Origin: Paragordius varius
Taxonomy: Eukaryota > Animalia > Nematomorpha
Reading direction: 5' to 3'
Assembly: GCA_964247055.1 (NCBI GenBank)
Contig: OZ176054.1
Location: forward strand, 7,812,001 to 7,876,000
Length of the DNA: 64,000 nt
Position numbers and translations under genes: made by a program. Below, one piece after another: positions 53,130 through 64,000 of this stretch (position 1 is its first letter; the number at the start of each line of letters is the position of its first letter). Below the pieces are notes generated by a model. That model was given only the letters and a program-made list of their open reading frames with translations, searched no databases and was not told the origin of the DNA.

Positions 53130-53676
53130 CACTTCCATTCAATTTGGGGTATCTAGTGACCCCTAACTATATTTAGGTTGATATTTTTAAAAAATACTGA
53201 AAGAAACGGTTTAAAATCTGTTTCTGTCCAAAAAAATATATAAATAAGCCAAAATTAAAAATTTAGTTTAAAAAAAGTTCTATATCAAACTACTTCGGCC
53301 ATTTTTATTTTACAACATTTTCGCAAAATATCATGTTCATTTGTTCTAACGCTAAAATTAAAGCTAATTTTTTATTAAATCACACCTAACAATAAAAAAA
53401 TAAAAAGTGGTTTATTTTGCAATATTTTTATTTTTAGCTAATGCGCATATGTCATGTTGACTTATTTTTTACCTTGATAATTATTTAAATAAATAATATC
53501 AAGTTTTATTGCATGAATCTTTTTTATAGTTCGGTCCATTAATGTTGTAGAGGTGCAAGCTTTTGCAATGGCAATCTGTTGTATAATTTAGAAATATCTG
53601 GTTTTGAACAGGCCTGGGGTCCCCAAAGATCCCAATTCGAATCGAAGGGCTGAAATCAATGTGTTGTATCCAAATA
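53130..53676. mobile_element. TTAA-flanked piggyBac-like MITE (degenerate right end)
   Basis: TTAA|CACTTCCATTCAATTTGGGG ... CCCAATTCGAATCGAAGGGCTGAAATCAATGTGTTGTATCCAA; right end approximate. Confidence 0.7.
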
Positions 53677-53707
53677 ATAAATTTAAATTAAATTAATTTT
53701 CTAGAAC

Positions 53708-53754
<47 letters not shown>

Positions 53755-54593
53755 GTGTTTTTTCACTCTGCCTAAATATTTCTCGGCTTTCCAAGGGTTT
53801 CCGCCAAAGTTGGATATCATAGTTGATTTAAACCTATTTAACTCAGATTTAATAATTATTTTATAATGTATAAAAACTCATATAATTTTGGTTGCATGTA
53901 TAATTCCTTAATGATTAAGGTAATAAAAATTATTATATGTATATATGAAGATGTCAAGCCTCTCGTCACACAATTTGAAATTCAATTCGCAAATCAATTA
54001 ATATATGTAAAATATATATAATAAATAAGAAAATATTTTTTTGGCTTAAGGCTTCGAAAATTTATATATTTTTGTTATAATTGTAAATAATTGAAATAAT
54101 GGTGGTGCCGTACATTTATATATATGTCATTAAATATGAGAGGAGTGTTTTTGAGCGGTCATTAGATTTAATTAAAATATATATACATATATAAATGTGA
54201 CATAATTTTAGACATAATGAAACTAATAATTAAGTCTTTTGCGACATTTAGGCGGCAAATTTCAATTTTATAATATATATATATATATATATATTCCAAA
54301 AATAAATTGTTTTTCCCACTGGCACATTAAAATTGTATGAATTTTTTTTCCTTAGGAAAAGATTTTTTTCACAAAAAATGGAATTAATTAAATTTGAATA
54401 TAATAATGAAAGGATCATGTTTGCAGACCCTATATAAAAATATATTTATTTTGCGATTTTTTTTAAAAAAAATTTCATATATTGGATTCATTGGCCAAAT
54501 ATTCTTAATTACCGCAAAAACTGAAAAATTTGTCAAAATTTAGAAGATAATAAACTAATCCTATTTCCCTATATTTTTATCAACGGTTTATAT

Positions 54594-54815
54594 CAGTGAA
54601 ACTCAACAAAAAAATTTAAAGGGGCCGCAAAAAATATATTTCTTATCTCGAGATGCACCCCATATAATATATATAATTTCATAGCTGTTTGACATATTTG
54701 CCGATTATATTTACACACAAAATAAGACATTAAAAAATTTGATAAATAAATTAGGACCATAAAAAGTAATTTTAGGGCCGCATCCAGTCCGTGGGCAGTG
54801 GTTTGAGTATCACTG
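54594..54815. mobile_element. hAT-type MITE (CAGTGA.ACTCAA ends)
   Basis: CAGTGAAACTCAA ... TTGAGTATCACTG with GGGCCGCA subterminal motifs; TSD degenerate. Confidence 0.55.
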
Positions 54816-57800
54816 GTTAATGAGTTTTAGAAACAATTTGGTCATTTTAGCATTTACATATTATTTTAAAATAATTTATACGTTTTCTTGTTCACAGAGA
54901 GCGAGAGAGAGAGAAGTAAATCATTTCAAGGTTTTCAATTTAACTGTGTATGTGTGCACACAAAATTAAATTTTACAAAAATGTTATGTTGTTTGTTGAT
55001 TGAAATTTAATTTATGAGTAGTAGTGTCTTTTAAATGAAGGTAGGTAGGCAAGCAAGCAAGGTGTTAAAAACTAAAATATATTATATTATAACATTTGTT
55101 ACATAATAATAATAATAAATTAAGAATAATAAATTATTTTCTGAGGTAAGGCTTGTTGTATTTATTTTATATTATATGCGACACCACCGAAATTTTTGTT
55201 TTAAACCAAATTTTCGTTTGCATAAAAAAATTACAAAAATAACTCCGAGCCATTTTACTTTTTGTTAGCCTTTGTGAGAATGATACTCATTCCTCCGGCA
55301 AAATCTTTCAAAATAAATTATAATTTTGCTGTTCATTTTTTATTTTTTTCTTTTAAATTTGTGTGGCGCATATGTATTAAAAAATTATAACTTTTGTTTC
55401 AATGGATTTAACTGTAAATTAAATTAATAAGATCTTTTTATAAAATGATGCTGAAAACTTCTAAATTTAAATCCCAATAAAATTATATTTTAAAGGTTAT
55501 AAAAATAGTCATGTGGCCTATTTTAAACCCAAAAATTGTCATTTTCTCATATTTCTATATTTAGTGTACTTTTTAAATTTGGGTTAAAAAAAAATGTACG
55601 TGACAGTTGTAGATATCCTCTATTTATTTATAAATAAAATTCATATTTTATGTGACCCCGCAGTTGAGTTAAGTTAGGCGCAGATGTAATATTTTTCGTA
55701 GGCCAAAAAAATAATTATTTGTGGCGAAATAAATGTTTAACTTTTAAACAAAAAAAAATAACATAAAAACATCCTCAAAGAATAAGGTAAAGGTGTTGGT
55801 TATATCCACTTTTTACATAAACATATATTTTGAGATGGGAATTTAAAAAAGCAAAAAAAAATATTTTATATTTTTACTTTAGCCAAAGGAGCTTTGAGGT
55901 AAAATTTACTTATTAGCCACATTGCTTTCAAGCCACAAATGGCCTCAAGAAACCTAATATTTTATATTTATATATTTTTTAATTCATTTAACAATATATA
56001 TATATATATATATATCTCAGTGTTGAGATTATGGAAGTAGTAAGTAATGATATTTTCATTAGCTGTGTTTATTGCGTGTCAAAAAAAATATTTGTCCTAT
56101 AAAAGCTAAATAAAATTCGTTTTTGCTACACAAAAATATATAGTCAAGCAATATATTTTCTTCTGTTTCAGATATGAAAATAAACCCATCTTTACCCGTT
56201 TGAATTCTTTTTATAAAACTTTAACCTGTGGATTTTTAACTAGCTTTTACGAAAAAAAAGTATTTGATCATTCAAATATTACGTATTAATAAATGTGTTG
56301 TGTACTGTTTCATTCCAAAAAACTTTTTTTATCACAGCTTATGTTAAAATTTCAAAACTTTAAAAAACAAATTACATGTATACATATTATATGAAACTGA
56401 ATGTCAAACGCCGCAAAGGTGTTAAAAGATTTTCTTTTTTGAATATGTGACAAAGTTTTCCATTTTTTGTTACACATATAAAGCGTCGGTATAAAACAAA
56501 ACTTTTTTTAGGCGTTACACAAAAAACGTCAACTCTCTACATACCCATACATACATGATTCTTGGACTCAAAATTTTAAACTATTTCTTTGATCTTTTTT
56601 GGAAAATATGTTTCTCCTATGTAAAATAATTCTCTGAGGTGTTCCATTTAAAATTTATATATGTATACAGAGAGAATGTCAAAAACTACTTTATCAAAAA
56701 TGAATATAGCGACAACAAAATTTAAACAAAACAGAGAGGACATTTTTCGTTAATCTAAAACAAAACTAAAAGGAAAAAAATAATTGTTTTATTAATTTTT
56801 CCGATACAAAGCACACAAGGGTGGGTCATTTACCGACTTTGAAACCGTTATTAAAAAATTGTGTATATAATTTATGTAATTGTTTAATTCATTACATTTT
56901 TAAATTTAATTAAATGTATATATTAAAATAAAACTGTAATTATTAAATCTTATTCTTTTGTGATGTAATAATTAAAATTGCAACTTATATAAATTAAATT
57001 ATTATATTTAAATAATTGCTTCATACTTTTATGTTAATATATTTCCAAAAAAATAATTGCTGCCACAATAAAAACTTCTAGCTATCAGAAATATAAAAAT
57101 ATATAAAAATATATTAAAAAAATTATGTTTTATTTTAATTACCGAATATTATTAAAATTAATATCAAAAAGTTTAAATCATGTTTTTACTTGGATAAATT
57201 TTCTTTTAAGTTTTGAATTTTAATGGTTCTAGATATATTTTTATGTTTTCAAACTTAGTTATTGGTTATTTGATTTTTGAATTATTAAAAAAGTTTCAGA
57301 GAAATTCGGATATTATTTTATAATTGTAATTTATACTGTAATAATATTTTTATGGCAGTTTCTTGGAAGTTGTTAATTGTCCAAATATCATTTTTTATTG
57401 GAAAAAATAATTAAATTTTACAACCTCTTTTAGTTTCGAGAAAAAGTCTCTAGCTCCATATTTTAAGGGATCATAAAAAATTTCGGTGTTTTTATTTTTT
57501 TTCTTGCCAAAAATTATAAAAAATTAATAAACTTGATATGAATTGTAACAAATGTTATATATATATATATATATATATAGCAGTCATAAATTAAGTGCAA
57601 AATCATCACAAAATTAAATTAACATTTTTCATTTTTTACCATTTTTTACAGGTGAAAAAAAAGATTGTTGATAATATATACGTAAAACATGATTAAATTG
57701 ATATAATTTATTTTTTTAACGGGGTGAGTGTCAGTCCCCTCTTATCATTACATAACTGTTGTATGCTTTAAAAACTTCTCAGCATGGATGGATATATTAT

Positions 57801-58946
57801 TTCTCAGGGACAAAAAAATAGTGCAGTGTTTTAAAAAACAATTCATTTTTTCTTTTGGGAGAGTTTTTTGGAAAAAAACTGTTTTTACCAACGCAAATAC
57901 GAGAACGTCATACTAAAATATATACGTCTTTTTAAACCCCATAAATTTTACATAAGCATTTTGGGAAATCGAAATAACTGTCTAAAACAACGTTTTCTTG
58001 TAGTGGATGTATCAAAGTTTGGGGGGCATTAGAATATTTATATATACAGTAAAAATAGATATTTCAAGTAGACTTAGATAGGAAAAATACATAGACAATA
58101 CCAAATTCACAAAAAAAATTGAGGATAAAATACTATGTTTAAGTCTAAAATTTGTGTCGACAAAAAAATAGGAAGTTGATACAGTATCAGAAGAAGAGAC
58201 CAGAACTAAATCTAAATGACAAAAGAAAGAGAGAAATACTTTTTATACTACTTGAAAGTTACAATTTCCTGACACTGAGAGTCGCGTTTTTAACGCTTTT
58301 TTTACAAATCTGTTTTAATTTGATTTGATTATTCTATATATCGTATTTGTTTGCTGTAATTCTACCATAAATTATACCGCTGCAAGCGTTTTAACAAATA
58401 AAGTATTAAAGTTGTTATAATAATACCAACAGCAATTATTATCATGAATATGAATTTCTTCGCTACTGTAGATTATAAAAACAGTAAGTTACGCAAAAAA
58501 ATATCCAAATTTTTTTAGACATCAAAAAAAGACACAACGTTACTTATAAGATATACCCAATGGTAGAAAATGTGTGAGAATTATTTTAATTAAAATACAC
58601 TCACTCTTTTGAATATTACGTCTAACATCCAACCATCCACCCTATATATTTCACCTCATATAAATATTCTCTATATATATACCTGTGCTTTAGCATCGAT
58701 TTGCATTTTATCATTTTCTTTTCTTGTCTCTCACCAAATTTATTAAACTTTATTGCAAACACAAAATTTTTTTTAAACATAAATAATCGGTGCTTTCGGA
58801 AAAAATAAACTGCTGCTTAATTTGTAATTTTATTTAATCTTTTAAATTTTTTAAATCTTTTATCCTATTAAATCTTGAGCTTAACTAATTTTGTAATGAA
58901 GCCCATTTCTTTGATCCTCGGCAAACAACACCATGAACAGAAAGAA

Positions 58947-61131
58947 ATGAAAAAGCTGGTTATCCAAATCATTTTCATAGTTTCCATAATTTGCCATTAT
59001 TCTTGCGTCAAAACAACTATCAGAGGTAAAAATTTATTTTTATATAAAATATTGTACATTACCCAAACATAAAATCTTAAATTTATAAAACTTATTTTTT
59101 TTGCATATTTAGCGCAACGTACCCGATCAATTTCAAAGCCTATAATTTGGCGTCCTATTGGTACCTTGTCTAACCCGGTAAATTTTTTTATAGATTTATA
59201 TATATTCTACATTTTTTTATAATTGAATTATGCATATAATTTAAAACATTATTTTATTTTACAAATTAAGGATAAAAAAAAATGCTTCAAAGATGGACGC
59301 TATCTCTATGCAATCGATAATTTGGATAGAAAAATAATTTTAAATACTCATAATCATGCTAGAGCTACTGTAGTTCCACCGGCTTCTGATATGATTGAAA
59401 TGGTACATTTTTCAAATAAATTATATAATTTTTCTTTAATTAATAAAATATATTTAATTAAATAAAATTTGCTTAAGTATCTTTAACGGTATTTAATGAT
59501 AAAGTTTAATTTTATCGTAAATTTATAGAATTTGACATATTATTGATTAAATTAAACAAAAAAATTGAAAAAAAACATTTTTAACCAGAATCGTGACACT
59601 TTTTTTCTTCTGCCTAATAAAAAATTTTGGCAAAACTATTTGGCGCTTTTTAATAAACTTTTTAGTTTATTGTAATCCACTGCCATTTTGTAAAATTATA
59701 ATCCTCATTAGTTATAAAAATCTTAATGTTATCATTTATTAATGGCGCAGACATATAGTTATGAGGCTGAGATTTTGGCTGAAAATTGGGCAAAACGTTG
59801 CATCACAAGGCATGACACTGAAAAAGAAAGAACGCCAAAAGGTATATTTTAATTTCTTATAATAATAATAATTTTTATTCTTTTCTACCATGTTTTTAGG
59901 TGACAAAAATGAACTTTTAAGATACAATACAATTATTTATATTTTTCGCTTCCCTTATGTTTGTGGCTATTTTTAGCTCTCTTTTTATTGTAAAAAAGGC
60001 TATATACTTATGCATATAATATAATATTTGGTATTATTTGTGGTGTATTAATAGCATATTCCTCATTTGGATGTGGTCAAAATGTAGCTTACACATCTAG
60101 TCTTGGTTCCTGGGCCGATGTTATAAGAGCTTGGGAGTCTGAAAAGTATGATTTCAAATATGGTGGTCCACAACCGGTTAAATATAATCGTAAAATGAAC
60201 GTTTGGCAAGAACCAACCATTGGCCACTATTTACAGGTAAAAATATTCATTTGTAGGAAATTTTAGTTTAAAACGTTAAAAAGTTGTATTTGTTATAGTT
60301 GTTTTTACATGAATTTAATGAAAAATTAATATTTGATAGATGGTTTGGAGTGCAAGCAAAGTAGTTGGCTGCGCTGTCTCTTATTGTCCTCGAGGGAATG
60401 GAAACCTACATTATTTTTGGGTGTGCAATTACTGCCCTAAAAGGTTTGTTTAAAAAAATTATATTTTATCTAACTAAGATAGAATGATGTGTGTGAAATA
60501 TTTAATATTTGTACGGCTGTTTTGTTTGAAATTTAAATAGCAATTTTAAGTTTATAACAATATATTTTTCATTAAATTATATTCAAATTTACGTTATACA
60601 TCCACATGCAAATAATTTAAACAACATAGTTTATTTTTAATATTTTGTAATTCATAGTAGATAACATTTTTTAGATTGATACAAATTATATTATATAATT
60701 TAGAGGTGTGTCAACGGAAGAAATCAATTATCCCTACATGGCCAACACGGAAAAACAGGCCTGCAAAAAGTGTTTAAACAATGGAGTTTGTCAAACTCGC
60801 GGTCGATATGCTGGTCGTCTTTACAAGCGTTGTGACACACTATGTCAAAATAAGGATAATTATTGTGAAACCTATTACAAACGTTACATCCTTAAGAAAC
60901 AACGGACCAATAAGCTCCAATATTTACGGGAGAATTGTCCCCGACACTTTAATCCACAGTGTCGATATAGGTATTTTTCTTATTTTTTAACGATATTTAG
61001 ATATAAGTTAATATCTGTTAGTCCAAAATATAGCTATTCTCTGATATTAAAATTAAATTTGTAATTTTAGTGTCTCTCAAACAAAAACGAGAGATATTTT
61101 GGATACATTTTCTAAAACATTTTCATATTAG
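58947..61131 (+). CDS. Secreted CAP/SCP (CRISP / venom-allergen-like) protein (326 aa, 8 exons)
   Basis: Exons 58947-59025, 59113-59177, 59271-59402, 59751-59841, 60055-60236, 60340-60443, 60704-60970, 61071-61131 (in frame). Signal peptide; HNHARATVVPPASDMIEM, LAENWAKRC, CGQN, WESE, GHYLQMVWSASKVVGCA, VCNYCP; Cys-rich C-terminal part. Confidence 0.9.
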
Positions 61132-61970
61132 TGATTGGGATTCAAATGACAACGTTACAATAAATGCAATATAACAAGATGGAGTGTAAATGGATTATTT
61201 ATACAATGCATTTTCCCCACCACACCATAAATCTAAGCTGCGAAAGATAGAAAACCTCAATATGTTTAAATTCAGAAAGTTTATAATTATCCCCTCAGGA
61301 AAAGAAATGACAAAGGAAAAATCAGATCTAATAAAAGGGATGTGGTGTTGGGTCAAAAAGTCGCGCGTCCTTTAACAATCAATCATTGATATATAACAAC
61401 AAAAATTTGAAATAGATCTATTGTACATAACGCACATTATTATTTATTTGTGATTACATTTGTAGGTATAATTCCTTCTGTATAAAGTATATATATATCA
61501 ATAAATATAAATATTTGAAATACATATAATATAAACCAATTAACTAATTCATTCTACAAAAACTATAAAAATTAACTAATTCAACAAAATCTAATAGGCT
61601 TATAAAGAAACTAACCAATTCATTAAGTTTGTGCGTGATCAGTTTTGGTGTAATACAAAAATAAAAGAATATCACAAATAGAGTAAAAATTAAAATTATA
61701 GAAACATAATTCCAATAAAAAAAGAGAGAACTATACTTTAAACTTAATTTTTATAATTACGATTGTGAAATACATAGTTGAGAATGTTACTAATTTATAT
61801 CTCAATCTCTATTTTGCCACCGAAACGATAGGTTTAAATAAAAAAAATTAAGGTTAAAAAGGTATGGCTGTGTTTCTGAAAAATATGTCTATTAGTTATT
61901 ACGTTGTCTTTATAATAATGTGGTCAACTAGTTATAAAAGAGGGCAAAAATTTAGAAGCAATAAAATTTT

Positions 61971-63259
61971 TTAGCCCTTAAAATTATTCTTTTCATTTCT
62001 CAGTGCATCCATAGCCTTTATGGCATCTTGAACATTGCAATGTTTCTGTACACTTTCTTCGTTGACTCTCATGAATGGATTAATTTCCTTTTCAAGACCA
62101 ATGGTTGAAGGAACAGTCGGTTCCTGTTCCCCCCTTAATTTTTTGTACGTCGATAATTGTTTCACAATCATTTCATTGTGTGGTTCAACATGCAAACCAT
62201 ACTTTAAATTACTTACCGAATATTCATGTCCACAAAACACTTGCTATAAAAATATAAAGAATATAAATGTATATCGATTAATAAAATAATTGAATTATAT
62301 TGGAAAATGATTTTAAAATAATAATATTTAAATAGGAGAGTTGATTTAAAAGGGGCATTGGGATAACTAAATAAAAACAAAGTAAAAACACACACTTATA
62401 GTGTGGTTAATTGTTATACTTTTCGAAAATTATGAGGGATCCTAAACACTTAAGATTTATAAAATATATTACCAATTATTAAATTACAGTCAGAAAAAGT
62501 AAGCATTCATTTGAAAAGTGTTCCACTTTTTTAAAAATTGCACATATAATCTTGTAAAAATTTAAAATTATTACAGCTTTTATCTTTTTAAAAAAATATT
62601 ATACAAATACTGTTTTATCGGGCAGTTTACCCAAAACTTCAACAAGCGCTTTATACATCTGTTGTGCTGTTCCTTCAAAAAAGCGTCCACAACCACCGAT
62701 AAAAAGTGTATCACCTACATATATATTAAAATGCTTTTAATCTTTGAATGATATAACTAACCATAGAAAATATGGTACTGGAATGATAAACTTGATTTAA
62801 CAAATCATAGTCCTAATATTTTCATTATATTAAAAATTGTGAAATAAGTTTCAGGGCTTTAAACTAAACAAAAAGGGATCAAGTTGTTATATAAACTGGT
62901 TACCGCTTTAAAACTAATTTGTGTTGCGTAAAAAATCGTCTCAATAAACATCATAATACGAATATATTATACATCTGCAAAGTCTTATTATCTGCTTAAA
63001 TAAAATCATTTGCAAATACAAAAAAGATGAGAAATGTATACCAGTGAAAACAGAGGGTGTTGAGCCATCTTTTAAGTAATAACAAATGTGGCCCGAAGTG
63101 TGACAAGGTGTGAAAAGGCATTCAAATTCCAATTTATCCAAATGCAATTTGTCACCTTGCTTGACTTTATCCGTTAGCTGGTTTACTCGATCATCTCCAC
63201 CATAAATTTTTGCATTGGGATATAACTTAATCATTTCATCATTTCCACCGGCGTGATCC
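61971..63259 (-). CDS. HAGH: Hydroxyacylglutathione hydrolase (glyoxalase II), 3' exons; 5' exons not found in the window
   Basis: Exons 63042-63259, 62611-62714, 61971-62243. Motifs [58 protein letters not shown]. Confidence 0.93.
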
Positions 63260-63282
63260 CTATAAATATATAGATGTATATC

Positions 63283-63484
63283 TAGTGTGTACATTTATAT
63301 GGTAGCCAATTAATACTATTGTTGGCAATACAGTAGCGTGTGTTATTAAACAAATTTTATTCATAATCAAAAACAAATTTAAGTTGTAAAGAGGGAAGCA
63401 ATTAATTGTTTGATTCCGAACGTTTATTATATTTTAGCCATATGTTACTGTATTGCCAATTAGCAAATATGAATGTGCATACTG
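63283..63484. mobile_element. Small MITE with CAGTATGCA-type ends (HAGH intron)
   Basis: Right end AATGTGCATACTG|TA, degenerate left end TAGTGTGTACATTT; internal similarity to 24046-24221. Confidence 0.5.
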
Positions 63485-64000
63485 TATTTATTATCTATAT
63501 ATAAATATATAAAACAGTTAAGGCCCCCCTCTCATATTAATCCCGGTTGGAAATAAATATAATATGAGATAATGCGCGCCTCATGACCATATTTGGGCTA
63601 ACAAACAAATTTTTTTTGCTTATTTTATAATTAATATTTATTTTTTAATAACTATACGAATATATATGTATAAATATATATATATATATACTATTGTTTA
63701 ATTTTTTATTTTTTATTAGCTTATTCTAGTAAAAAAGGTATCCATTTAAAAAAAGTTATAACTCAACAAAAATCAAAAAAGTGCCATAAGCAAAATCTAA
63801 TTACTTAATAAACGCCGTTTATTTTAAAAAGCGTATCAGTAGGTCATTATAGAAGGGGTCCACTTGAATAAAATTTGTATTTGGAATAGAATATATTTTT
63901 TGTTTTACTATATTTTCAATTTTTTCGTGTTTCTTAGGCAAAATTTGATTTAACTCTTAAATAAAATAGGTTAAAAATATTTAAAAAAATACTATTAAGC

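Noticed and set aside
63505-63620. Possible further Helitron 5' end (A|TCTATATATAAAT...)
   Set aside because: No similarity to the other copies beyond the first bases, and no 3' hairpin/CTAG found.

Overview
Very AT-rich, intron-containing eukaryotic genomic DNA. The gene set (HS2ST, CLIP-170-like, CRISP-like) points to an invertebrate animal, but the taxon cannot be determined from this window. Gene models were built by hand from GT-AG sites, with reading frame checked across junctions: 3' end of a CLIP-170-like gene (+), FBPase (-), heparan sulfate 2-O-sulfotransferase (+), UTP14 (-, 16 exons), RTEL1 (+, 20 exons), a tentative orphan coiled-coil gene (-), two divergent VAP/MSP-domain genes (+), a secreted CAP/CRISP-like gene (+) and the 3' part of glyoxalase II (-). 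Introns and intergenic DNA hold non-autonomous DNA transposons (hAT, CACTA-like, piggyBac-like, TA-target, Helitron); no transposase ORF was recognised. Main observations: (1) four 21-25 nt GT-AG introns are needed to restore conserved proteins, in genes that also carry 3-6 kb introns; (2) a 5.4 kb near-complete palindrome fills the last UTP14 intron; (3) the UTP14 and RTEL1 start codons are only 47 bp apart, each preceded by a splice-acceptor-like AG; (4) a 21-mer-repeat inverted-repeat element abuts an RTEL1 acceptor and reads in frame as a heptad repeat. Protein family calls come from recognised motifs, not database searches.
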